Below, piece by piece: positions 40,377 to 50,662 of a DNA stretch of 64,000 bases. Under the pieces are notes generated by a model. The model did not search any database. It was not told the DNA's origin and saw only the letters and a program-made list of their open reading frames with translations. Source of the stretch: a virus. Each line of letters starts with the position of its first letter. Position 1 is the first letter of the stretch. The translations under genes were made by a program, and so were the position numbers. The stretch is from the IMG/VR virus record IMGVR_UViG_3300027302_000005, positions 1 to 64,000 of that record. One strand, 5' to 3'.

Positions 40377-41192
40377 TTAATCCCTTATCATTCCCGGTGC
40401 TGACCTACTGCCTGTATATTTAAACTTCTTCTCTTGCTGCCTACGCAACTCTTCTTCAGCAGCAGCGTTTCTATCTATCTGTGGTTGGTGAGCTTCTTGG
40501 TTTGTTTCAGGAGCAGCATCCGTTGTCTTTCCCTTATCTCCAACCTTATTACCCTTGCCGTCAGTAGCAGACCCCTGACCAGCAACAGTAGAAGGGATAA
40601 TCTTTTCAGCATTAGCCTGAACAACTTTAACTTTGACAGTTTTAACTTGTTCAATGCTGATGTTAGGATAGATTGCATACCCGCTGTCAGGAGAGGTATC
40701 AAAAGACAAATCAGTAATGACACAATTCTCATAGCGTGTAATTTCGCTATCATTCCCAGTAAGAGTGTAGGCAAGAACAGTGACAAGCTCTTTATCTCGT
40801 TGAATACGAATCAACCTGTCCCTGACAACAAACATTGCAGCCTTGACAGAACTATTGTCTTTCGTAGCTGCATAATCTTGTGGAGCTTGAGCATCAGAGA
40901 ATGATGGATTAAGATTACTGTCAATCACCCCCATTGAATCAAAACGAGGGGTTCCTTGATTGTAATACGGAACAGCAGCATTAGCTGCATCTTTCAAAGG
41001 ATTCCAGAAGTTGTAATCACTCACCACTCCTTGAATCTTCAGCTTGATATTTTCAGTAACAATGTTGTCACTGATTTTAGTTCCATCTTCAACGGGATGA
41101 GACGTTACACTTCCTTGATAAGATTCAGAGAAAGAGAGAATGCTATCAAACAAGATAACATCATTGTTTTGTGTTTTTATGACGTAAATCAT
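40377..41192 (-). CDS. baseplate/tube initiator protein
   Basis: VTSHPVEDGTKISDN motif; follows the tape measure gene. Confidence 0.8.
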   Translation of the reverse strand: MIYVIKTQNNDVILFDSILSFSESYQGSVTSHPVEDGTKISDNIVTENIKLKIQGVVSDYNFWNPLKDAANAAVPYYNQGTPRFDSMGVIDSNLNPSFSDAQAPQDYAATKDNSSVKAAMFVVRDRLIRIQRDKELVTVLAYTLTGNDSEITRYENCVITDLSFDTSPDSGYAIYPNISIEQVKTVKVKVVQANAEKIIPSTVAGQGSATDGKGNKVGDKGKTTDAAPETNQEAHQPQIDRNAAAEEELRRQQEKKFKYTGSRSAPGMIRD

Positions 41193-41210
41193 GCTGTAGC
41201 ATTCTCCTTA

Positions 41211-43244
41211 TTAACTGTAAATCCCTAACCCGCCGACACGAAGGACACTTCCCACACCAACACCAAACTCACGCATGTCTCCATTCTTCAATGCGTCAGC
41301 AGCTTGTGCAGGGAGGTCATTGAAGTTGATATTGAAGTTCATTATTGAGCTTTGCGGGTTTGTCAGTCTTTCAGAAATCTTTGGCTTATTTTGCTCATTG
41401 AACTTCTGAAACATTTCTTTAACTTGCTCAGGTGTCTTTCCGCTTGGCGTATTACCATTCATTTCCATTGACTGATAAATCTTCTTCTGAACTTCACCAG
41501 AATTATAGTTGAAAGAGTTTTTATCGAAGAAAGGATTAATCCCTCTTTTCATTTCTTCCCACCCATTCAACACTTTCAGAATAAACGTATCCCAAAGAAT
41601 CATGGCATATTCAATATCAAGCTGCCACCCATGAACCCAATTATCTTCGCCATTCATGTAGTCAGCTACGGATTGGGCTACATATATCAACCCGCCCATT
41701 AAGCCAACCAGCCTAGCCATTGGCGGAATAGCACCCCACAGCAGTTTGGTAAACTGATTCATGGAACTAATAGCACCGCCAATCCCTTGTGTCTTGAGAA
41801 GTACAAATGCTGCGAGTAGGCCGCCTGTTCCGAAGAACCCTGCCAAGAACCCTTTTATATCTTCCTTATTGTTTGATATAACAGTTCCAAGCTCTTTAAG
41901 TCCTTTTATAACAAGCAGCAACCCTTTGAACAACGGGGTAAGAACTGAAACAAGTTTAGTAAGGGCTCCGAACATCTCTGTCAACAACTCATCCAAGCCG
42001 CTTTCCATCATTACTTTGGAAAACTCTCGCATTTTGTTGTTGAAACGTTCTTGTGCAGCAGCAGACATTTTAAGCTGTTTCTGGAACTCAGGAGATGCTA
42101 GGGCAAAATCCCCCATAGCTTGCATTGCCTTAACAACAACGTCAGTGCCAACCTTCCCGTTTTCCATCATCTTGAACAGACCTTGTACATCTGTTCCAGC
42201 AGCCTGAGCGAAGTATTGCATCACACCAGCAGCATGTTCACCCAACTGCCCCTTCAGTTCTTCACTACTTACTTTCTGCTTGTTGAACATCTGTTCAATA
42301 GCTTTGTTAGCAAGATTGATCTTTTCAGCACTCATCCCCAACAAACGGAAATAACTTTGAGCGCCCTTAAAGCTCTTTTGAAGAACTTCAGTACTAAACT
42401 GTTCCTTGCCAGACATGAACATCTTGGCATAGCTCTGACCCATATCAAGGATAGAGATACCGAGTTCATCTGCTGTCTGTTTTACGAACTTTAGATTCTG
42501 ATTGAATGTTGCAGTATCACCGGAGATTGCCTTGAGCATATTCTCCATCTGCATCATTTCACGACCAGTTGCAATCAGTTCTTTGATTGCATACCCGCCA
42601 GCAACAGCATTAAACAATCCCATACCCGTTGGAAGCATAGGGCGAAGGAAGGCAGCAGGGCCAGACTTAGCAATGCCAGATGCTCTCCCCCAATACCCTA
42701 CATACTGATTAGATTCATATCCGTTTCCACGAGGGCGGCCAGCATTCTCTCTAGCCCCACCATATCCAGCACCTGTCTGACTAATAGCACTTGATGGAAC
42801 TTGTCTAAATCTACTAATTCCTGCTGTAGCAGCTTTCAACCTTTCAAAGTTAGCAGCAAGCAACATGATTGCTTGTGCATATTCAGCTACTTCATTCTTT
42901 CTACCAGTGATAGCTTGATGAAGTTTGAAGATGGAAGAAGCAAACCTATCAGCCCACATCTCAGATTTCTGAGCTTGTCCACTAACAGCAACTTGCATGT
43001 TGTTCAGGTGAGTGACGCTTTTCTCAATACCATCCATCCACTTCGTAACACCCTTGGTGTCAGTCATCTTCTGGAATGATTTGAATTGTGCTGTCAGCCC
43101 TGTAAGCTGATTCTTGAGCTTTCCTGTTTGTATTGCTGCTTCTTTCAGTTGTACTTTTAAATCAGCAATCTCAGCACGGAACGCTGTCAACCCTTCCTTG
43201 TCTACTTTAAAACCTACAGTAGCAAATAGCTTTGCCAGTTCCAT
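41211..43244 (-). CDS. tail tape measure protein
   Basis: AIEQMFNKQKVSSEELKGQLGEH tape-measure domain; helical, TM-like segments. Confidence 0.93.
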   Translation of the reverse strand: MELAKLFATVGFKVDKEGLTAFRAEIADLKVQLKEAAIQTGKLKNQLTGLTAQFKSFQKMTDTKGVTKWMDGIEKSVTHLNNMQVAVSGQAQKSEMWADRFASSIFKLHQAITGRKNEVAEYAQAIMLLAANFERLKAATAGISRFRQVPSSAISQTGAGYGGARENAGRPRGNGYESNQYVGYWGRASGIAKSGPAAFLRPMLPTGMGLFNAVAGGYAIKELIATGREMMQMENMLKAISGDTATFNQNLKFVKQTADELGISILDMGQSYAKMFMSGKEQFSTEVLQKSFKGAQSYFRLLGMSAEKINLANKAIEQMFNKQKVSSEELKGQLGEHAAGVMQYFAQAAGTDVQGLFKMMENGKVGTDVVVKAMQAMGDFALASPEFQKQLKMSAAAQERFNNKMREFSKVMMESGLDELLTEMFGALTKLVSVLTPLFKGLLLVIKGLKELGTVISNNKEDIKGFLAGFFGTGGLLAAFVLLKTQGIGGAISSMNQFTKLLWGAIPPMARLVGLMGGLIYVAQSVADYMNGEDNWVHGWQLDIEYAMILWDTFILKVLNGWEEMKRGINPFFDKNSFNYNSGEVQKKIYQSMEMNGNTPSGKTPEQVKEMFQKFNEQNKPKISERLTNPQSSIMNFNINFNDLPAQAADALKNGDMREFGVGVGSVLRVGGLGIYS

Positions 43245-43256
43245 GCCCTTCTCCTA

Positions 43257-43524
43257 TTATTCTTTTTGGCTACGTCGCCTGCTGTCATCTCTCAATGCAG
43301 CATTAACATCCATCATTTCCAGCATGTCATAAAAGTCGGGAACGCTATACACTGTCTGTAATTCGTGATACGTACAGTATCTTTCTTCAGCAGACAAGAG
43401 ATTGAGAATACGAACATCTACTGTGAACTTTTCTTCAATCTCTTTGTATAAGCGTTTTGTACCTGAATCAATTTCAGATTCGCTAGTGTTTAAGCCCCGA
43501 TGCCTAAACCTAGCTTTGAAAAAA
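43257..43524 (-). CDS. tail assembly chaperone C-terminal extension (-1 frame, no own start)
   Basis: Open -1 frame from the T6 run at 43519-43524 to TAA at 43257; encodes ...CTYHELQTVYSVPDFYDMLEMM... Confidence 0.7.
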
Positions 43525-43879
43525 CATCAGAGAAGTTAACTTTCAACACTTCCTTAATCAAGTCAAACAGCACACCATACCGTTGTGCAAACTCCTGATC
43601 AAAGTTGATGGCCATTGTTCCCTTACTGACATTGCTCACCAATTCTTTAATCAGTGCCACGACGTCCACTTTATCCATTTGTCCAATCAAGACATTAATC
43701 GCTTCACCAAGGACAGCATCTTCGCTACCATCGCCTTGTGCGGCCTTCTGCAATTCCATGAATGCAGGGCCAAGTAGCTTAACCAGCTTCACTTCAATAG
43801 CCAGTCCCTTGGTTGCCACAAAAGGTGTAATCTTATAGTCAACGCCACCCAGATGAACATCTACTTGTTCAAGAGCCAT
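43490..43879 (-). CDS. tail assembly chaperone
   Basis: Position before the tape measure gene; FDQEFA..Y...KEVLKVNF. Confidence 0.82.
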   Translation of the reverse strand: MALEQVDVHLGGVDYKITPFVATKGLAIEVKLVKLLGPAFMELQKAAQGDGSEDAVLGEAINVLIGQMDKVDVVALIKELVSNVSKGTMAINFDQEFAQRYGVLFDLIKEVLKVNFSDVFSKLGLGIGA

Positions 43880-43902
43880 TCTTATTTACCTCAGTTAAAT
43901 TG

Positions 43903-44337
43903 TTAGTATAGCAAATCAGTAAGAGCAGTGAATTGTAGTGCATTAACTACAAAACTCCATTCTGTTTCTGTTGCATCATTATCTCTGACCAAATCAGGTG
44001 CAGACATAATATATCCAGTCGATGATATATTTGGTTTTTGCATGTCAGTGGCATTTGCACCACTAACTTCAACTCGGAAGAATGAGTTGGCGTTTACTTC
44101 GGACGAAGCATATAGGTCTTGCAAGATAGCATTTGAAATGCTTGTTTGCAGAAGTTTGACAGTTAGGCGAAAGGGTCGAGTGAATTGTCTCACTCTTGCA
44201 GAATACACGGGGTCTATTCCATCAATATTCTTGAAAGAGTCTGTCCCGCGATTCACTCTAATGGATGTAACGCCTGTTAAGACGTAGCCAGCAATTCTCA
44301 CTTCATTCTGTGACGGGTCATAAACTACTGAAGTCAT
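43903..44337 (-). CDS. tail tube-like structural protein
   Basis: YDPS..., LLQTSISNAIL; paralog of the tube. Confidence 0.7.
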   Translation of the reverse strand: MTSVVYDPSQNEVRIAGYVLTGVTSIRVNRGTDSFKNIDGIDPVYSARVRQFTRPFRLTVKLLQTSISNAILQDLYASSEVNANSFFRVEVSGANATDMQKPNISSTGYIMSAPDLVRDNDATETEWSFVVNALQFTALTDLLY

Positions 44338-44867
44338 TTTATCACCCTGATTGCAGCATCCACATAATTACGACTGATATTAAAAGTTGATTGCATTGCT
44401 GAAGCAATTGCAAGAGCCTCTGTAACACCAGATAAATCTTCGGCATTCCCGCCGATTAAACATTCAACATCGTTACACATGAATGTCCATTGTCTTGTAG
44501 CTAGCGATTGTCCAAACTCAAGTTCAGGCAGTGCTTCAATCCAAACATCCTTGGCAAAGAACATTGTTGTTCCGCTGTTGTCTTTAACAATCAATGGAAG
44601 ATATTGCATTGCGCTAATGTTTGAACCATAAAGTAGTTTTTGAACACCAGAAAGGAAATCATTGCTTTCACTGGATTGTTCAAGAAACACATCCACTTTC
44701 CATGTGCTGTATCGCTGTTGTGTAATGGATACAGTTCCATCCATTGCTCGTTTACTTGTATAAAGCGGGTCAACACGATTGATACGCACAACATTGTCAG
44801 CACTAAAGCCAGATATGTTGATTCCAGCAAATGTTATTCCAACATCACTTGGGGAATATGTGTACAC
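44334..44867 (-). CDS. tail tube-like structural protein (GTG start)
   Basis: TYSPSDV, LEQSSESNDFL, VKDNSG. Confidence 0.75.
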   Translation of the reverse strand: MYTYSPSDVGITFAGINISGFSADNVVRINRVDPLYTSKRAMDGTVSITQQRYSTWKVDVFLEQSSESNDFLSGVQKLLYGSNISAMQYLPLIVKDNSGTTMFFAKDVWIEALPELEFGQSLATRQWTFMCNDVECLIGGNAEDLSGVTEALAIASAMQSTFNISRNYVDAAIRVIK

Positions 44868-44929
44868 TCTTGTTCTCCTATATAAAGAGTAGGGCATCCT
44901 TGCCCTGTATTATTATTCCCTAGAAGCTA

Positions 44930-45457
44930 TCAAGCCTGCCATTCAGTAGGAACAGTTCCACCAAGCAGTTGGATAGCAGCAACATCTTCAGCAGAGATGA
45001 GCGAGTTACCAGCGATAATATCTTCCATCTGAGTGCAGTGGAAAACCCAATCACGGTTGTTCAAGCTGTTACCGTATTGGCTGTTAGGCACAACACCGAT
45101 GTATGCTTCCTGAGCAAAGGCAACAGAACGACCAGAGCCATCCTTCACAGTGAGAGAGAACAAGCCATCGCTATTCTTGCTTGCACGGTCATTAGCGTAC
45201 AGCAGGGTGAGGATGTCATTAGAAGCACTCCCTTGACCCAAGGAAACAGTAACCTTACCGGAAGTGTTAGCCTTATAGACGCGAGTAGCAATGTTATCAA
45301 CACCAGTAACGTGTTCGTAAGTTTCACTATCACGTTCAACATTAATGTGACTATCTTCAGCATAACCGGCAATGACATGAATCAGGCCAGTGGATTCTTG
45401 AGAGATAACAACATTAACATCAGACGGAGAATATGTAGAAGTACGAGTAGAAGCCAT
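44930..45457 (-). CDS. tail tube protein (DUF3277-like)
   Basis: TYSPSDV, LGQGSASNDIL, VKDGSG; follows the sheath. Confidence 0.85.
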   Translation of the reverse strand: MASTRTSTYSPSDVNVVISQESTGLIHVIAGYAEDSHINVERDSETYEHVTGVDNIATRVYKANTSGKVTVSLGQGSASNDILTLLYANDRASKNSDGLFSLTVKDGSGRSVAFAQEAYIGVVPNSQYGNSLNNRDWVFHCTQMEDIIAGNSLISAEDVAAIQLLGGTVPTEWQA

Positions 45458-45473
45458 TTATTATATTCTCCTA

Positions 45474-46769
45474 TTAAGCCGTCACGGTGCCGGTGATACC
45501 ATCCACATACAGGATAGCGCCAGCAAGACGAGCAGTGAACGTAACATCCGGCAATACGCGAGTAGCCCGGACAGCAGACGAGATGTTGAGAACGTTCGGA
45601 ACAGAAACAATCGGAGCAGGCGAATCAGCCAAGCCACCAACTTGTACACCTTCTGCCAGAGCGCGACGAATCTCAGCTTCAATAACAGCAGTACCTTTAC
45701 TGGTGTAGCTAATCTTCTTGCTGTTAATCTGCTGGAACCAAATCCCTTCTTGGATACGAGCCTTCAGCCAGAATACAAACACCATCACATCAATCCATTC
45801 GCTGCTACTGACTTTGCCACCAATCACGACATCACGGCCACCAATAGAGGCTTCGTATGTAGAGCCATTCTTGTTCTTGATGTAATTGGCTTCGGACGAA
45901 GAGAGCGTATCCGCTGTAATACCGGAAAGCGTCTTATAGCACCAGTGGTTAGAGCCGGGTTGAGCAGGAGCGAAATAACCAACCCAAGCACATTCAATGA
46001 AATTGGTATCAGCAGAAGCATTCCAGATATAGAACGTGTTGTCGTAGTTCAGAGCCTTAATCTGGCTGAAAATATCAGACGTAGAAGAAGTTTTCACAGC
46101 ACTAGCTTGGCTAGAGAAAACATACATCTTTTCCAGCACTTCAACAGCAGCAGCAATATCCAGCACATCAGCATCAACATGAGATTCAGTAGACAACATG
46201 AACCAAGTATCATTGACATTCTGAACAGCAGTGATTGTGTCAGCCCATTCTTCCGTAGCAGCGTCATTAGCAGCCGACAGATTGGCGCTAAGCCCCTTCA
46301 GTTCATAGCCAGTACCAGACACAGACGGAGCGATTGTCAGAGTGGTTGTACCACCAGTAGTGATACCAGTAACACCAGCAGAAACAATAGCAGCCTTCAG
46401 ACCAGTAACAATCTCAGCAGCTGTGGCAGAAGAATCAGCCGTGAAGCTAATGCTTTCCCCTTCCAAAGTGAAAGAGTAGGTGGCGTCATTAACAACGGTC
46501 GGCGTAATCGTAACCAACGGAACTTGACGACGACCTACAACAATCTTGTCCAAGCCTTGATCTTGAGCAAAATACTTCTGAGCAGCCTTATACACATTGC
46601 TAGTAGAAGCAAAATCTGCACCAACTTCAGCAACACTGTTGTATTCTTTAGCACGTTCAGCAAAAGCTGTGTGGGCGGCAATAAAGCAAGGGACTGCAAA
46701 CGAAGCCCGCTGCACTGTAGCAGTTTCACGACTAATCGTGACGCTAATCAAATCATTAAGAACAGTCAT
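45474..46769 (-). CDS. tail sheath protein (DUF3383-like)
   Basis: PGSNHWCYKTLSGI, EWIDVM..WLKARIQE, FTARLAGAI. Confidence 0.92.
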   Translation of the reverse strand: MTVLNDLISVTISRETATVQRASFAVPCFIAAHTAFAERAKEYNSVAEVGADFASTSNVYKAAQKYFAQDQGLDKIVVGRRQVPLVTITPTVVNDATYSFTLEGESISFTADSSATAAEIVTGLKAAIVSAGVTGITTGGTTTLTIAPSVSGTGYELKGLSANLSAANDAATEEWADTITAVQNVNDTWFMLSTESHVDADVLDIAAAVEVLEKMYVFSSQASAVKTSSTSDIFSQIKALNYDNTFYIWNASADTNFIECAWVGYFAPAQPGSNHWCYKTLSGITADTLSSSEANYIKNKNGSTYEASIGGRDVVIGGKVSSSEWIDVMVFVFWLKARIQEGIWFQQINSKKISYTSKGTAVIEAEIRRALAEGVQVGGLADSPAPIVSVPNVLNISSAVRATRVLPDVTFTARLAGAILYVDGITGTVTA

Positions 46770-46783
46770 GTTCTATCTATCTC

Positions 46784-47356
46784 CTAATAGTTAAATGTTA
46801 CAGGCAACGTACCGTCTACATTGTTGGCTTCAGTTAGTGTTCCCTTTACGGCTCCATCGTCGATGGACTGGAACGTAATCGTGGAATGTTTATCGTAAGC
46901 CAGCGATACATCCACTGTGAAAACAGAATAGAAATCTGTTTCTCTTTTTTGTTGTGAACGCTTGTTTCCACTCACACGTAGAACACTTAGGCCGTTATCA
47001 GCAAACAACTGCCGATAATAAACACTTCGCATTCTTTGACAGAAATCTTCTGCGTAATTGGCTGCATTAGTATCACTGCCACCTGACTGTTTATCCTTTC
47101 CAACAAATACAAACCTTACCAATCCTTCATATGTTTGGCACATGGTTGTTGTTCTGTTTGAGTTGTGAATAATCACACTCTCATAGGACATACCAACTGG
47201 CGTTTCACTAACAACAAATATATGGCAATAGGGGGAGGCAGGCTCAACACCATTCTGCATATCAAGATAAGCTGTAATGCCGGACAGTGTAGAAGTGAAT
47301 GCTGTATAGATACTATCTTCAATGGAAGTGAATGTACTGTTTGTCACTTTAGACAT
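46784..47356 (-). CDS. tail terminator/neck protein
   Basis: Position; P..PY motif. Confidence 0.7.
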   Translation of the reverse strand: MSKVTNSTFTSIEDSIYTAFTSTLSGITAYLDMQNGVEPASPYCHIFVVSETPVGMSYESVIIHNSNRTTTMCQTYEGLVRFVFVGKDKQSGGSDTNAANYAEDFCQRMRSVYYRQLFADNGLSVLRVSGNKRSQQKRETDFYSVFTVDVSLAYDKHSTITFQSIDDGAVKGTLTEANNVDGTLPVTFNY

Positions 47357-47727
47357 TATGCTTTCTCCTTACGAACAGCTAATGCCATATAATGATCTAG
47401 CACATTAAGATTATAGAGATTCACTTCCCTAACTTCGTACACATCACCATTCCAAGTAACTTCATCCCCTTTCAGCAATCCACTGCCTTCTTGACTTGTA
47501 CGTACAGATTGTGAGATTCCATTAGTCAGGATGATAATACTGTTCTTGCTTCTATCCCCTTCAGGAAGAAGTTTAGTCATCTTTCCTTGAATGTTATTCT
47601 GAATGTTACAAGAGATTGTGAACGTTGAAGCTGTTCCATCAAGCCATCTACCATTAACGTAGCTTCCAGCCCGTCTGGTAAATGTGTAATTGCTCTTCCC
47701 TACGCATAAAAACAACGGAGTTGTCAT
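47356..47727 (-). CDS. head-closure/neck protein
   Basis: GSYVNGRW, LLPEGDR, GDEVTWNG. Confidence 0.75.
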   Translation of the reverse strand: MTTPLFLCVGKSNYTFTRRAGSYVNGRWLDGTASTFTISCNIQNNIQGKMTKLLPEGDRSKNSIIILTNGISQSVRTSQEGSGLLKGDEVTWNGDVYEVREVNLYNLNVLDHYMALAVRKEKA

Positions 47728-48257
47728 TTAATATCCACCTCCTTCTTTCGTTTGCCGTAGGCATCTCGATTAACTATCCTTGCTGTAATGCTGTCGTACA
47801 TTAAGCTTGTTTCACGTAATACACGAGTTTCAGGTGACTTCATGTCTAATGTCAATTCAGAGTTTAGCGGGAACTGAGCGTCGTCAATACTGGTCTTTAC
47901 TGTTTGTACAAGGCCAGCGCCAACCCTGAGCATTTCCTTTTCTACTTTGCCCAGAAACGATAGCTTGAATATGTGTGGTGCAACCCCTTTGATATAAGAA
48001 GCTGCATCTGGAATTGATTGGGTGAAGAATGGGCGAGGAGGGGAGAAGCCCCTTGGTGCAGCAAAACCAGTCTCTTGCATCCAAGCTACACTTGCTACAT
48101 ACATCCCTTGTCTGCTATCACCAGCAGGATATTTTTCTTCGTTAATAAATCCGTATTCAATTTCTTTCTGGTTAAGGTCTTGCAGACGTTTCCACAGAGC
48201 ATCAAGCTCTTTGAAATCGGTTGTCACTTCATAACCAAGTTTTGTACTCTTAGCCAT
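47724..48257 (-). CDS. neck/tail completion protein
   Basis: VAWMQETG..PPRPFF, PLNSELT..K. Confidence 0.75.
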   Translation of the reverse strand: MAKSTKLGYEVTTDFKELDALWKRLQDLNQKEIEYGFINEEKYPAGDSRQGMYVASVAWMQETGFAAPRGFSPPRPFFTQSIPDAASYIKGVAPHIFKLSFLGKVEKEMLRVGAGLVQTVKTSIDDAQFPLNSELTLDMKSPETRVLRETSLMYDSITARIVNRDAYGKRKKEVDIK

Positions 48258-48271
48258 TACATAGCTCCCAA

Positions 48272-48736
48272 TCAGAAGCCAGAATATGAACCAGTTTCAA
48301 CCCAAGTTTCTTTCTCAAGGTAAGATGGAGCGCCATCATCGTTAGTAACACCACGATAAACTTTAGGTGACAATGTATCCGTATCGTTCATATTATCTTG
48401 CATGTCACTACGACTAATACCACCGGCGTAAGGTGTGAACTCAACATCGTAAATAGCTGGATTACTAATTGCCAGCTTCAGGGCTTGCATGTAGTTGTTG
48501 AATGTATCAGCACCATAGACTTCACACTGATAAGCACGTTCACGGCGCATCTTGGCAAGAGAGAACAGGATGATGGGCATCAATTCTCGTGCTGTACGCT
48601 TCTCATTGTTGTTGTTCTTATCCAAGTAATATTGATATGTTGCGTCATCAAGAAATACAAGAGATGTATCTGTATCACCTACAGCGATTCTGAGTCTATC
48701 CACTGCACTCGTAGCCGGAGAACCCGTGTACGCCAT
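48272..48736 (-). CDS. head-tail adaptor
   Basis: DRLRIAVGDTD...YAGGISRSDM. Confidence 0.8.
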   Translation of the reverse strand: MAYTGSPATSAVDRLRIAVGDTDTSLVFLDDATYQYYLDKNNNNEKRTARELMPIILFSLAKMRRERAYQCEVYGADTFNNYMQALKLAISNPAIYDVEFTPYAGGISRSDMQDNMNDTDTLSPKVYRGVTNDDGAPSYLEKETWVETGSYSGF

Positions 48737-48814
48737 TGTATTTCTCCTGTTATTATGTTTCTATTGTTCAAATACACTTCTTTCAAACATACTTGTTAAA
48801 ATGTTCTTGAACAA

Positions 48815-48832
48815 TAGCCCCCGAAGGGGCTA
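48815..48832 (-). terminator. TAGCCCC-TTCG-GGGGCTA hairpin, terminator of the capsid transcript
   Basis: GC stem with UUCG tetraloop, followed by a T-rich tract on the minus strand. Confidence 0.75.
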
Positions 48833-48835
48833 AAG

Positions 48836-49546
48836 CTAAATTGTTTGTTTGAAGTCCTCCATGAACTTTTTACAAAGTTCCTCAGTAACTTCGTTATCTG
48901 GCAGTCTTCCGTGTTTTTCGATAAACGAATTGACAAGCTGTTCTCTAATAACTCTTGCCGATTCTATATCTTTGAAAAACCCTACCACATATTTTCTTTT
49001 TGATTTTAACGAAATTTTTAAAACATACCCATCTCGTTCTGTGTAGTCTAATCCGATTACACCAAATTTGTTCCTACACCCTCGGTTTAGGCAGTTAGCA
49101 ACCCTATTCACGAACCTACAATTCTCTGGTGTATAGTTACCGTCGTTGTCAATTCGGTCGATTTGCAACCCCTCTACATATCCAGCAGAAAAGGCCCAAT
49201 CCCTAAATGTTTCAAACTTACTCCACTCGTCACATAGAGTGATTCCTTTTGCAGTATATGTCTTGTGTTGCGGGTGCACTTTAAAGCACCTGATACGGAT
49301 ATTTCTATACATATCATGCAGTTTAGTACCACAAAGTCCGTGTGAGGTATTATCTTTAAGTCCAATATACTTCCCACATCCACAAGTTTTTGTGTTACCA
49401 CTTGTGAGATTGTTTGCTGGTACAATTGTTTTGTTCCCACAAGAACAGATACATTCCCAAGCAATCCGTTTACCAATGTTGAAATCTGCCCGCTTAATTA
49501 CGAGCAGATTTCCATACTGCTTACCTGTCAAATCCACTACTTGCAT
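48836..49546 (-). mobile_element. free-standing HNH homing endonuclease
   Basis: DLTGKQYGNLLVI...WECICSCG...TCGC; IDRIDNDGNYTPENCRF; AP2-like tail; AT-richer than flanks; own TTGACA near 49600. Confidence 0.88.
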
Positions 49547-49608
49547 TATGTCCACCTCTGATTAAAAAGATGAATATAACACAAGTAGATTCATTGTCAA
49601 CCTATAAA

Positions 49609-50643
49609 TCAGGTCGAGCTATAGAGACGGACAACAGCAGCCGGACGGCGAGCAACAGCCAGCAGGTTCATTTCCGAACGGATGATGACAGAGCCATCAA
49701 TCGGGTCGCGGTGAGTAAACAGATAAGACTCTTGACCTTGGGTATTTATCGTGCTCATCGTGTTAGCCGGAGCGGCATACACACCGAACACATCCATAGT
49801 ACCAGCAGGAACAAGGCGTGCTTCGTTAGCGGTCATAAACGCAGTGCCACCGAAGTCAGAACCACGATATTCGATGAAGCGTACACCACCGTATTCAAAC
49901 ACGCGAGTACCCATCGGCAGATTGCTCTCCAGACGCTGACGCAGCGGCTCTTGAGTGGACGAGTAGTAGGTGTAGGCAGCTTGCACCTTGGCGTGCTTAA
50001 TCAGGTTGCTGAAGAAGCCCGGAGAGCAGAAGGCGATAAAGCCAGTAGCCACTTCACCACCTGCTTGCAGGTTGTCGATGATGTGGGCAATACCTTCTTC
50101 CACTTTACCCATGATGTCAGTGGTGGACGTACCAAACACGAAATCAATTTCCTTACGGGTGATACCAAACTCAGTATAGAAGTTGGTAGAAATCGTACCG
50201 TTCGGGGCGTAGATCGTGCCGTCAGCCAGCAGTTGAGCAAACGCCTTTTCCTTCAGTTGCATATGCGACATACGGATACGTTCGATCTTACGAGCCAGAG
50301 CCAACCCTTCTTGTTCAGCTTGATCGACAGTGCCGTAGGCAGAGCGAGAAGCAATATCTTCCGGCTTCAGAACATCATCCAGCGGGAAGTGAGGAACGTT
50401 GAAGGAATACAGCTTACGCACATAATCCTTAGAAACGTTGTTACGTTCACCACGAATCCGGTCAACCATAACAGCGCCAGACTTGGTGATTTGTTCCATG
50501 CTAACAGTGGAAGTGGTGACACCTTCAGTAGCGGGGAAAATACCAGATTGAGTGATAATACCCCACTGGTTAGGAATCAGATTAATTTCCGGTGTGCGGT
50601 CGATGATCTGAAAAGCATCGGTGTAAGAGCGAACTACGGCCAT
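49609..50643 (-). CDS. major capsid protein (lambda gpE-like family)
   Basis: 344 aa; F.VPHFPLDD; biased codon use; position after decoration protein and protease. Confidence 0.92.
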   Translation of the reverse strand: MAVVRSYTDAFQIIDRTPEINLIPNQWGIITQSGIFPATEGVTTSTVSMEQITKSGAVMVDRIRGERNNVSKDYVRKLYSFNVPHFPLDDVLKPEDIASRSAYGTVDQAEQEGLALARKIERIRMSHMQLKEKAFAQLLADGTIYAPNGTISTNFYTEFGITRKEIDFVFGTSTTDIMGKVEEGIAHIIDNLQAGGEVATGFIAFCSPGFFSNLIKHAKVQAAYTYYSSTQEPLRQRLESNLPMGTRVFEYGGVRFIEYRGSDFGGTAFMTANEARLVPAGTMDVFGVYAAPANTMSTINTQGQESYLFTHRDPIDGSVIIRSEMNLLAVARRPAAVVRLYSST

Positions 50644-50662
50644 TACCTATATCTCCTTATTA

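Noticed and set aside
45642-46787. 381-aa plus-strand ORF antisense to the tail sheath
   Set aside because: Shadow ORF produced by the codon bias of a highly expressed gene; Ser/Arg-rich with no motifs.
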